A stretch of DNA of 64,000 nucleotides from Octopus bimaculoides (GCF_001194135.2 NC_068987.1:1081351-1145350); one strand, 5' to 3'; shown: positions 25,700-38,932, counted from the stretch's first letter. The notes: generated from the letters alone by a model not told the origin. A program made the numbers and translations.

Positions 25700-28688
25700 A
25701 GAGGAGAAAACGTAAGATGTCATGAGAGTGGTGTGAGTTAATAATGAGAGAGGGGGAGGAAGAGAGAGAGATTGATTGGAATGATTTCAATCTTCAGATG
25801 TTTTCTTCCTCAAACCGCCACCCCTATCAGCATATGCGATCTTCCTCCTCCTTCTGCTAGCCACGTGACGCAGTCAACGAAGCGTGACTTCATTAGTTCA
25901 ACCAAGCCCGAGGTCGGGGTGTGTGATGTTCACTGAAGCGAGACAAACTGGACAGAAACAAAATAACGAAACACTGAACAAAAATATGCGAGTCAAAGAG
26001 AAACAATTGTTGTGTAGGAGGTAGTATAGGGTTGGTGGTAGATCAGTGGTGACGGTGTGAGGGGTGTTGTAGTGGTGGTGTCCTAGTAGTAATGTTGTGG
26101 TGACGGCCGTGTTGGAGAGGGTAGCCGTGGTGGTGGTCGTGGTGCTGTTTTCATTGTGGTAGTGCTGGTAGTGGTATGAGGAAGAGGGAGAGTTAGTAGA
26201 GAGGTGGGAAGAAAGAGAAAGATGAGAAAGTATGAAAGAGAAGGCGATGAGAGAGGGGGCAGTAGCGGAGAGAGAGGGGGGAGGAGGAGAGGCTAACTGA
26301 ATGTGAGAGGGAGGAGAGATTGGTGAGAAGAGAGACAGAAAGATATAGAGAGGAGAGGCAAATAGACAGATAATCAAAGAGAGAGAGAGAGAGAAATGAG
26401 GTGGAGGCAGGGAGGTAATGGGGTTGGCACGGTTGGATTGGAGATTTCAGTTTTAATCTCAAAATTACTGAAGAATTTCTTTTAATAGTTTGGTGATAAT
26501 AATGTAATAGCTTTATTGTTGTTGTTGTTGTTGAATCTTATATGTCGTTATTATTGTTAATGTTGTGCTTATTGTTGTTGCGGTCGTTGTTATTGTTTAG
26601 TGTTTATCTTTATTGTTGTTGCTGTTGTCATTATTCGTGCTTTTCGTTCTTGGCATTATTATTATTTTCATCATCATCATCATCATCATCATCAACATCA
26701 TCATCATCATCATCATCNNNNNNNNNNNNNNNNNNNNNNNNNNNNNNNNNNNNNNNNNNNNNNNNNNNNNNNNNNNNNNNNNNNNNNNNNNNNNNNNNNN
26801 NNNNNNNNNNNNNNNNNNNNNNNNNNNNNNNNNNNNNNNNNNNNNNNNNNNNNNNNNNNNNNNNNNNNNNNNNNNNNNNNNNNNNNNNNNNNNNNNNNNN
26901 NNNNNNNNNNNNNNNNNNNNNNNNNNNNNNNNNNNNNNNNNNNNNNNNNNNNNNNNNNNNNNNNNNNNNNNNNNNNNNNNNNNNNNNNNNNNNNNNNNNN
27001 NNNNNNNNNNNNNNNNNNNNNNNNNNNNNNNNNNNNNNNNNNNNNNNNNNNNNNNNNNNNNNNNNNNNNNNNNNNNNNNNNNNNNNNNNNNNNNNNNNNN
27101 NNNNNACTCCGTCCCCCGCCCCCGGCCCCGTCTCTTTCTCTATCTCCACTCGTAATCTCCCGCTCGCCATATTCTCTCACTCCACTTACTTTTTTCATAT
27201 CATCGTTTCAATTTGTAACAAAACGCCAGCAATAAATAGTTTGTAATTTTTCTTCTTAAGATAACACTTCGCTTTATTGATTTATCAAATATTAATCAAT
27301 AAGATCGATATTTCTCATTTCTTTATAGCTCCTTCAACTCTCTTTCTCTCCGCCTCTCCTTCTTACTCTCTCTCTCTTCCATCTCTCATTCTTCACGTTT
27401 CGATTCACAAAATTTCTTCATTCTTCTCTCAGTTCTCATTGTCTCTCTCTCCCTCCTTTTCTCTTTCCCCTCCCTAACCCCCCTTCGCCCCCCTACTTCT
27501 GCTTTCACTAATATTTCCAAACAATCTAACTTTCATTAAGGTGTTAAGATTGACAAAAAGGTCTTTTGGCGAATCGCTAAACGATTCCATCATATTTCAA
27601 GTGACCTCTTGACATGAAGCAGAGGTCAAAAAATTACCCTGGAATAATGTGACAAATTCTTTAGAATGATGACCTTTGACACAGCAAATAGTTTTTGTAG
27701 TTAGTATGTTTGTGTGGGGGGAGCTTCTTTTTTTTTGTTTTTGTTCATGATTTTTTAGTTCAAAAAATGAACTGGAAGTAATTGGTAGAGAGAGAGGGGG
27801 GGGATTTACTAGAATTCTTCAACTATTCATTTGGCATCGCATTCTTCGTTCTTTGTTTTATTCTCTATATCATCCACTTTCTCATAGACAGAGCTAGACA
27901 CATCAACTGTGAGGCATATGTATGTATGTGTATGTATGTATGTATGTATGTATGTATGTGTGTATATATATATATATATGTGTGTATAAATAAACATATA
28001 TGTATGTGTTTATATATGTGTGTGCATATGTATATATATGTATGGATGAGTATATATATATATGTGTGTGTTTATGAGTATGTATATCTGTGTGTACAAA
28101 TGTGTGTGTGTGTGTGTGTTTGTGTGTGTGAACCATCACATTGAACACGTTCGTGTACCTTGGACGTGGGAAAGCCTTTCAATGCAGAAGTAATGTGACT
28201 GTCTCGGGAGAAAATTCTCCTAACAATATATGCGAAGCGATCCGATCAGGCTACAAATGACGTCATCGGATCGTAGGACGCCGGCGCTTTATGCACCACT
28301 ACGCTTCATCGGCTACGAACACAAAACCCATCGTTTATAGCGCACCACAAATGATTGTTCATATAATATTTAAACAGCAAATAGTATGTTGACTTATGTG
28401 CGCCAAGTTTTGCGAAGTTAGACTTAATTAATAAAAGGTAAATAAAGAAAGCAACAGCGACCGAATTATAGGTGTATACAATTATGTTTAACACGCTCAT
28501 TTAAATTTGGGAGAGAGAATATTCTATTCACATATCGGAAGTGACGATATCCCCTGTGACCATGCGCCAATAGAAAAGATTCAAAAAGGCCGAAAGGTAC
28601 AGGGCGTTTTCGTTGGCCGCCGCTGGGACGAATTTATGACTCTCTCTGATGTTTATATTTTTACACATATTTATTTATTTATTTATAT

Positions 28689-28771
<83 letters not shown>

Positions 28772-29670
28772 TATATTTATACATATACATATACATATAC
28801 AAACACACGCATATACACATGCACACACACCTCAGTGTTTGCACTCTTAGCCTCCAGTCATTATATCGGGTTATTATCTCGACTATGTCTATGCTAACAA
28901 AGGAATGTATTATTTACCCGTTGATATTACAGTTGCAAACGCCATGTCGGTATTCCTCTGTTGTTTGCGCTTGTTTCAAACGGTTCTTAATATGTTTCGT
29001 CCAGAAAATAGAAATAGAATCGCTACGAATATTAAATTTTGTCGGACCAATAACTTGAAATGGGACCGCCCGAAATTTAAAGATTATCGTGAGAAGCCCT
29101 ATTGGCACACCGGATAAAATAGCTTTGGTGATATGTGAGACGATATTTCTCTTTACTCATCTCTTGCCTTATATTCCTACGTGGACCAGATATAAATTGT
29201 GAAAGAATCCTTTGAAGGATAACCAGCGATTCTTGTTTCATGGTATGTATATGTATGTATACGTATGTATATGTATGTAAACGTATGTATGATAGGGTTT
29301 TTGTGGTGTAGATTGCACGAAGAATTTTCAATTTTTAGGAATGATATTTGGATTATGATTATCAAAAATGATTTAATTTTATTAGTATAAAGAGTCTGCT
29401 TGTTTTCCAAACAATTAGTTTATATATTACGTTTAAATAAAATATTATATAATTTGGTGCATGGGCATTGTTTGTCAATATTTTTTTTTACAAAACTTTG
29501 GCGATGACGGTGAATGATAATAACGCTCTGTATTTTGACCTCTCAGATCTATAAAGTTATTTGTATCGATGGACAGACTTTGTATTTTATTTGTTTTTAT
29601 TTTACTAACATGAGGAATAAGCTGTCCGTAAAATCCATGTGAGATATGATTTTGTTTTCGTTGTTTAGTC

Positions 29671-29750
29671 TATTATGCTCCAGGCTATAGGGACGTTTTC
29701 AACTGAAGGGTTGTGGAGTTGAAAACGCACCTATAGCATGGAGCATAATA
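29671..29750. other. 80-nt hairpin (34-bp stem, 12-nt loop): candidate pre-miRNA or miniature inverted-repeat element
   Basis: Arms 29671-29704 and 29717-29750 form 31 of 34 Watson-Crick pairs, checked base by base. Confidence 0.85.
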
Positions 29751-30246
29751 TACATTGCATCCCCGCACCACCAATGGAACTAAAAGATGTACACTGCACT
29801 TTGCAGAGAAGTTGTACATACTGTCTGAAGAATGAACGTCATAAAAAGGAAGAGATGAAATGTTATGCATTAAACAAGTTCGGTTCTCACGAGACTTCGT
29901 TTACATCCACGAATAACCCTTTGTCCGTTGGAGAAATGTGAGATAAGAAATAAATGTTTATTAACTTCTGTTTACACCAAAAGCAGAACATGGCTCTGAA
30001 GCTTACCACATGACCTTTTATCAACTAAAGAGATGGGGTGGGGGGCGTGTATCAGCTGTAGCCGTCATCTTGTTGGCTGATTCCCTCGGTAGTAGTAGAT
30101 GGATCGTTGATTTTGCAATGTGTGTGTGTGTATGAGAGAGAGAGAGACAGAATGAGAGAGAGTGTATGTGCATGTGCGAGTAGGCGCATGCATAGCTAGA
30201 TAGACAGATAGATAGAGAAAGAGAGAGACAGATATATATATATATG

Positions 30247-30370
30247 TGGGGAGAATTCACAAAAAAAAGACGAAGACAGGTGTAGAAAACAAACATGTAT
30301 TAGTATAACGCTCGGGAATTGAAAAAAGTCTTTAACGTTTCGAGCCTACGCTCTTCCACAGAAAGGTAGA
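30247..30370 (-). mobile_element. Short Penelope-like repeat (family H2)
   Basis: Similar to 16770-16920; contains a hammerhead-like fold with a perfect helix II. Confidence 0.55.
30328..30365 (-). ncRNA. Minimal type-I hammerhead-ribozyme-like motif with variant core (CUGUGGA)
   Basis: Minus strand CUUU-CUGUGGA-A-GAGC(GUAG)GCUC-GAAA-CGUU-AAAG: helix I CUUU/AAAG, perfect helix II, GAAA, palindromic ACGU, GUU triplet; A6 replaced by U. Confidence 0.55.
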
Positions 30371-31712
30371 CAGAATGATAGATAGATAGATAGATAGATT
30401 CTACACCGTCCTTGGCAAAGAAGTATGAGTTGAGATTGTATAACATCCTTTTGCTAATTGTTTTAGATGTCTTCATAATCGTGAGCAGACACAGAGATAC
30501 TTTCTCTCTTTTTACTTTTGATCCAGTGGAACCTCAAAGATCTAACAAGGGAATTTTTTTCGTATATCCAGATTTATTCGAAATATCATAATTGTATGTA
30601 GGTGTGACTGTGTGTGGGTATGTATACATATATGTGCATATATGAATTGGTGTATGTATATGTGTATGTATGTATGTTTGTATGCTTATGTGTATGTATG
30701 TTTGTATGTGTATATATATATGGATAAAGGTACGCAGATAATTTGGTCCGTAGGTATTTGGTCCGTAGGTATTGCTTTGCCATACTTCAAAAGATTTCTG
30801 CGATGCTGCTTTGCTTCCTCAATACAGATCTAATGACCAAGGTCTCAGACACCCTTCCTGTCGTCTGTCTATACAACAATAACCATATTGTAAGTTTAAC
30901 AAGATATGACATTCATTCCGTTACTACTTTACCCATATTTCATCACAGTTTGTGCTGTTTATTTACTGACCAGATTCTTCTGTAAATTGTCTCCATCAAT
31001 ATCATTGAAAAGAGCTTCAGATAGCATGGATTTTCACATTGCCACATCCAGTTTGATACAAACTGGATATATAAGCCTTAGAACACTCCTACGTGCTTAT
31101 AATTTCTTATGATGTCAACTATTTTAATCTACCGCTTATAGTTCGTGTTTAATGGCAATTATTTACCTGGAGGCGTCTCTTATCAGAAATACCTGAAGAT
31201 TTTTGATAGTTTATCGCACAGTCGTATGTGAATGTTCCTTAATTCATTATTCACTTTGCATCTAGCAATAAAATCAAATTGACCAAAGTTTTCTCGAGTC
31301 TTTCTTCGAACAGAGATAATCCCTTTTAGTTCTCATTCTTGCTATCCCTCTCTCTTACCGCCATCTATTGGCAAACGATAACGACAATGCATTGGGACAT
31401 TCAACGTCAAAAAGCCTGCAGCTTCAGGTTCTGCTAAATGTTCTTCAACATTAAGATTTCTCTTTGTCGTCATAATCATTCATTCATAGAGTGTCTTGTT
31501 TAATATAAAAGCCTTCGATCATGCAGTCAGCTGTCTTTTTATTTTTATCTCACTCTCTCTCGCCCACAATTTCTTATATCTTTAATCATGGATTATAATG
31601 AACGACTTACAAACGGATAAAATTGTAATTAAATTTTCGGACAGTAAACTTTTTAAAAATCCTTATTAATCAAGAAAGAATGCAGAGCCCGGGAAATTTC
31701 CAGGGGAACAGA

Positions 31713-31758
<46 letters not shown>

Positions 31759-32023
31759 CAGACCGACAGACGGACAGACAGAGGAAATACTCTTTTACGT
31801 AGAACTCGCGAATGTTTGTTAAAACGTGGTCTCTGCTAAAGGTACGCAAGTTGTCAGGTGAGGATGCTCAACCGGATAACAGTTACATGTTCGGTGTTAG
31901 TTGCTAAGAGTCTGTTTCAGTCGTCCCATCTACGTGTATGGAATGCGCGCACACACACACACACACACACAGACTTGTTATCTTGAGAGTGTACGGCTGT
32001 ATGCATTACGTACATGTATATGC

Positions 32024-32077
<54 letters not shown>

Positions 32078-33119
32078 GCGTGTGTCTCTGTGTGTATGTG
32101 AGTGTATACGTGCATGTGTATGTGCACATATATATATGCATACGTACAAGTATATGTGCATATATAATATATATTTAAACACCACACACACGTAATTAAG
32201 TATATATATATACATGTGTAAATATATTATACATACAGGCACATATTTATGTCTGTCGGTATGAATTTATATGTGCATGTATGTAAATGAGTATATATAT
32301 GTGCATATATATATAAGTGCGAATATGTGTTTGTGTGTGTGCGTGGGGGGTGGGGGTGGCGAGTCATGCATGAAGGTGTTGCTACAGTTGTAAGTATTTA
32401 ATAATCTGCCGAAGAAAATGAATGTTATCCCTGAAAGTAAACAAAATATTTAAAAAGAAGAACGAAAACAAAAACAACAAAAGCAAAAACAAAAAACGGG
32501 GAATTTGTAATAAACAATCTTCGATGATTTTCCTGTTTTCCGTTCATTTCCTGTGATTGCATCACCATCATCATCATCATCATCATCATCGTCGTCGTCG
32601 TCGTCGTCGTCATCACCTCCACCACCACCACCACCACCACCACCACCATCATCATCATCGACATCATCATCGACATCATCATCGTCGTCGTCGTTGTCAG
32701 GGCCACCATCACCCGCCTTCCCTTTTCCTTCTCATTTCCTTTCCCCTCCCTCTCATTTTCATAATCGATCTATCTATTTAAATCTCCAGGGAACACTTCC
32801 CTTACGCGAACATTTCACCGAACAAATCTCTACCACAACCAAGAGCAGCGCAACATTAAAATGGAAAAACAAAACACAACAAAAAAACAAAAAAATCATG
32901 ATGACAATATCGTTAATAATAACAACAACAACTCCAAAAATATGATAATAATAATAATAATAATAAAAAAAAGTAGCAACAGCGATCATAAGTTGCTACA
33001 TTTAATATCAAAGACCCTTTTCTTGACGCGCTAATTGAATTTCCTCACAGTAAATGGAGCTGTTTTATGACAAAGTGCTGCCAACAGATTTAAAGAAGGC
33101 AAATAAAGGGGGAAAAAAG

Positions 33120-33179
<60 letters not shown>

Positions 33180-34342
33180 GGAGGAGGAGGAGAAGAAGAA
33201 GAAGGTGAAGGAGAAAAAAAGAAGAGAGGAAGAAGACGAAGAAGAAGAAGAACAGTAACGACAGTATAAATAATAATAATAGCAATAAGAAGAACAACAA
33301 CAGTAATAATAATAATGATGATGATGATGGTGGTGATGATAATAATAATAATAATAATGACAAGAAGTTGATGTGATGGAGTGATGAAGACAGAAGTGGC
33401 AAAGCGTGTGAAATGGTGAACAAAAAAAAAATATAAATTAAAATGTAACAATAGAAGTGAAGTTTGAAAGTGAAAGTCAAAATAATCTAGGTGTGTGTGT
33501 GTGTGTGTGTGTGTGTACAGGTCCGTGTGTATGCGTATGCGTGTTTGTGTTTGTTCATGGGTGTGTCTAGGAGGACTGTATGTGCACGTTTATGTGGTTA
33601 TGAGTCTGTACGTGTGTGTGTGTATACATATATGCATGTGTTTGTGTTTAATGTGTGTGTTAGTGTGTACGTTTGACAGTGAGGTTGTATAAGGTTGAAG
33701 AAAGTGAAGATCGTGAGGTTTTGGATGGAAATGTGCCTCGAGATGTAGAAAAAGAAAAAAGAAAAGAAAAGATAAGGAAATAAACGAAGGAATAAAATAA
33801 CGCAAAGATCATTGTGGATATATTTTGGCGGAGAAGGAGGGCGAGAAGGAAGAGGAGGAGAAGGAGGAGATGGAAAGAGAAGGGGTAGAGAGAGTGGAAA
33901 GGGAGACAAAGATAATGACAGAATAAGAGGAAGAAAGAGATAAAGAAGAAGGCGAGAGGAAAGGGGAGAGATAGAGGTGGGATAGACAGGGGTTGGAAAG
34001 AGAGGGAAAGAAAGAAAGAAAGATAGAGAAAAGAGTGAGAAAGGAGAAGAAGTTATAGAGATATACACATACAATTAACAAGAAGCAATAATAATAATGA
34101 TAATAATAATGATAATAATAATAACAGTAATAAAAGAGAAGAGAGGGATCAAACGTGAATAAACATTGTAAATGAGATAAGAGGAAATTTTTGAGCAAAA
34201 CGAAGACAGAAAATGATGGAAAATGAAGGAAATGTGTTTGGGAAAAAGACTTAACGAGAAACATAGCAAGGTAACACTTGACAAAAGACAAGCATTTTCA
34301 TAGATGGATAGATGTATGTGTGCCTATGTATTCGTATGTATA

Positions 34343-34379
<37 letters not shown>

Positions 34380-35052
34380 GTATGTATGTATATGTATATA
34401 TATATATATATATGTNNNNNNNNNNNNNNNNNNNNNNNNNNNNNNNNNNNNNNNNNNNNNNNNNNNNNNNNNNNNNNNNNNNNNNNNNNNNNNNNNNNNN
34501 NNNNNNNNNNNNNNNNNNNNNNNNNNNNNNNNNNNNNNNNNNNNNNNNNNNNNNNNNNNNNNNNNNNNNNNNNNNNNNNNNNNNNNNNNNNNNNNNNNNN
34601 NNNNNNNNNNNNNNNNNNNNNNNNNNNNNNNNNNNNNNNNNNNNNNNNNNNNNNNNNNNNNNNNNNNNNNNNNNNNNNNNNNNNNNNNNNNNNNNNNNNN
34701 NNNNNNNNNNNNNNNNNNNNNNNNNNNNNNNNNNNNNNNNNNNNNNNNNNNNATATATATACATGCCACCACACATCGGGACATAATCATTTTAATAGGA
34801 AGATATATACACGTGTTTGTGTGTGTGTGTGTGTATATGTATATATGTGTGTGTGTTTGTATGTATGTACATGCATGCATATATATACATGAATACCTAG
34901 ATATGTATGCATGTACATGGAATATATGAAGCGGTGAAAGTTATTCAAAACTTAACAGCATTTGTGAAGTGTTTAAATGAATATAACGAAAGAGTATATT
35001 AAGAGTATATATATGTGTGTGCCTGTGTGCGTGTGTGTGCATGGCTGACTAT

Positions 35053-35092
<40 letters not shown>

Positions 35093-37379
35093 ATATATAA
35101 ATGGTAGNNNNNNNNNNTCAACAGGATATCGAAATTGTTACTTCAAACAGTTTGTTTCGTAATTTTCTTTTGAAGAATTCAGATTTTTGTTTTTTAAGTC
35201 ATGACATTTTGCTTCAACAAAGACTTGATACATATTGGCTCTCATTACCCACCAGCACACACACACACACACTCACACACACACACACACACACACACTC
35301 TCTCACACACACACACACGTGCACACACTGGTACACATAACTAAGTATGCAAGCACACATTTCTATCACACACACAGACACACACACACACAGACACACA
35401 CACACAGACACACACACAGACACACACACACAGACACACACACAAACATACTCTCTCTCCTCTTTCCCCCTCTCTCCAACAGATATGTGTGCGCGCGCTT
35501 GTACATACATACATACAAACATACATACATGTGTCTGTCTCTCTGTGATTCTATGTATGTGTGTGTGTCTTTGTGTGCGTGCGCGCGTGCTTCTGTATGT
35601 ATGTATATGCGTGTGTGTATAAATATATATAAGCCTTAGAACAACGCAACTACATATGCATATATTCATACATACAAATATATATACATGCATATATATA
35701 TGTATATCTATGATATGTATATATGTATATCTATGATATGTATATATGTACGTGTGGGAATATATATANNNNNNNNNNNNNNNNNNNNNNNNNNNNNNNN
35801 NNNNNNNNNNNNNNNNNNNNNNNNNNNNNNNNNNNNNNNNNNNNNNNNNNNNNNNNNNNNNNNNNNNNNNNNNNNNNNNNNNNNNNNNNNNNNNNNNNNN
35901 NNNNNNNNNNNNNNNNNNNNNNNNNNNNNNNNNNNNNNNNNNNNNNNNNNNNNNNNNNNNNNNNNNNNNNNNNNNNNNNNNNNNNNNNNNNNNNNNNNNN
36001 NNNNNNNNNNNNNNNNNNNAAGCCAGGAACTTTCAGCACTCACTCGTATATGTATATATATGTGTCTGTGTGTGTGTGTGTGTGTGTGTGTCTGTGTGTT
36101 CATAAAAAGTGCACACCTTATTCTACAAAAAAAAAATAATAAATAACAAAACGTACATTCCCGCACTCGCATAAACAAAAAAATTAAATAAAATGAAAAA
36201 TGGGTGTGGGTGGGGATTGAGAGATTTTGAACGACCGAAAACAGCCCAACCTCGTTTTGACGTGAAATAATGCCCATTAGCGTATAAAGTGTTCTGTTGG
36301 CTGACACTGTTTGTAGGGCATTCTCTAACGAATTCTTGAAATTAAATACAGTTTTATCTGTGCAAGCGACCGATACGGTATGGAAATGGTTATAACTCTT
36401 GATAGCGATATTACAACAATGGACGACAGTAGCATTCGTTGTCACCTATAAAAAAGAATACAAAGTCATCTTGATTTTCGCTTATAGCAGTTTATCGTCT
36501 TTTCCGCTGTTTGTCGTGTGTGGCGGTGTTGTTATAAATGTGTTATAAATATATTTTTCATGGACGCAATGCTTTCGTCTTGACCTCTGTATTATATCAC
36601 AGCGGACAAGAAACTGTGGATAATGTTGCTGCTTGCAATATAAATATTGTATGTGTGTTTATATATTATTTTATATCAGCAGTTATATGCAACAGTCGAG
36701 TGTCACCTGTCGGAGGACGGGAAACTTTGGAAATATAAATATACATATATATATATACCAAACGAACGATAATTGTCATTCCATTTACATCTCATTGTTC
36801 GTCAACAATGTTTCCACTCCTCCTCCCTCTCTTCCCCTCTCCCTCCTCCACGTCATCACCCTCCTCCTTGTCCCCGTCGTCTCTCCTCCTTCTCCCTCTT
36901 TCTACCACCTCTCTCTTCTTCCTTCTCCTTCCTTCCCCCTTCTCCTTCTCCTTCCTTCGCCCTTCTTCCAACTCCCTACTTCTCTCTCCTCCCTCTTTCT
37001 TCCCCGCCTTCCTCTCTCTTCTCCTCCTCCCCTTCCTCCTCCTCTGTATCTATGATTCGTTGTCTCTCACTGAAGATATGTGAGTAACGTTTTTTTCTTC
37101 ATTGCCTGACACCAAGCCTAATATGTGCATCCAACTAACCAGCCAGCCAGCCAACTCATTCAAGTTTTGTACCAGCTGTTATTATGCAGTCTTCTGTATA
37201 ACACGTGCACATACAGACATACGCATAAACTGTTGCACATGCAAACACACAGGTACTCTAATACGAATGTATGCATAAGTTTATATACGTATATGTATCT
37301 CTCCCCCTTTCTCTCTGTTTATCTATCCGCACACAGCCCCCCCCATATATATATATATATATACATANNNNNNNNNNCA

Positions 37380-37424
<45 letters not shown>

Positions 37425-37703
37425 ATACATATATAATAATAATAATAATAATGATAATAATAAGGGTTTAGGTAGAATCGGATACGTGAAAAGATATGCA
37501 CCAGGAAGGGTTGGATAAATCTGTGGTCACCAATTATAGCTGATAAATATCAATTAGAGTATTCCGGTCGTGTACACAGAGAAAACCAACCCTATGCGTA
37601 TTTTGTGCCTAGGGGCTGATGGTTCTAAAGCACACCTTACATTGATTGTACGTTGTTGGTTCCTATGGTAATGGTTATACACACACGCGCACACACACAC
37701 ACG

Positions 37704-37754
<51 letters not shown>

Positions 37755-38869
37755 NNNNNNNNNNNNNNNNNNNNNNNNNNNNNNNNNNNNNNNNNNNNNN
37801 NNNNNNNNNNNNNNNNNNNNNNNNNNNNNNNNNNNNNNNNNNNNNNNNNNNNNNNNNNNNNNNNNNNNNNNNNNNNNNNNNNNNNNNNNNNNNNNNNNNN
37901 NNNNNNNNNNNNNNNNNNNNNNNNNNNNNNNNNNNNNNNNNNNNNNNNNNNNNNNNNNNNNNNNNNNNNNNNNNNNNNNNNNNNNNNNNNNNNNNNNNNN
38001 NNNNNNNNNNNNNNNNNNNNNNNNNNNNNNNNNNNNNNNNNNNNNNNNNNNNNNNNNNNNNNNNNNATATATATATATATATATATATACATGTACGATT
38101 GAAACCAGTAAAAGAGTAAATAGAATATATATATATATACATATAAGTTAAAGAGACATATAATAACTGCACAAAAAATGGAAAACAGACACGGAAGTTC
38201 ACCAAATGCTCATCATTTATCGACGAGAGTGTCAAACGCAATTTCACACCTTAGACCCTGTATATGTGCATTTATAACAAATGCACATATGTATTTTTAC
38301 CTTACTAATTAATGGAACTCTGCGTAACCCATGTTCAGGGCAGTGCACCAGCATGGCCACAGTGTAAGACAAGAAAAAGAAATAAATTAAGAACTGATCT
38401 GTTTCGAAATTCAAATGGCAGCGGTGTAAGTTATGCGAGTCTGTTTTGGTTACTGTTTCTTGCAAAAAAGAAAAAAAAAACCTCATAGAGACTCCTTGCT
38501 TTATTGCTGCATTGATTTTTCATCATTTAATATGTCAAGTTAGTTCAAGTCGACACATAGCCGTCATTTCTTGGCAAACGGCCACGAGGAGACTCAAGAG
38601 AATGTCTCTGTCAGTTAATTCATACAGAATATTATGTATTTTCATATCTTTGTATACTATTTTAAATACATAATGTATATTCATGTGAGTATATGTGTGT
38701 TTCTAACCTATCTGTGAATGAGTGTGTAGTAGTGTGCATGCGCGCGCAGTTAAAATGACTGTGCTACGATGTAATTGCTTCAGTTTGAAGAGGCGGTCTC
38801 CAAAGATAAGGTCACGCGGCAGACACGCGCCAAACACATTTATATACGTACGTACACGCATGTGTGTAT

Positions 38870-38932
<63 letters not shown>

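Noticed and set aside
27390-27430. Minus-strand ATGAAGA..GAAACGTG hammerhead-like string
   Set aside because: No helix I, C3 missing, and the GUG triplet is not a UH cleavage site.
29671-29679. TATTATGCT matches the 5' end of miR-1993 as I recall it
   Set aside because: Only 9 nt match, and they lie at the base of the stem rather than in a mature-arm position.
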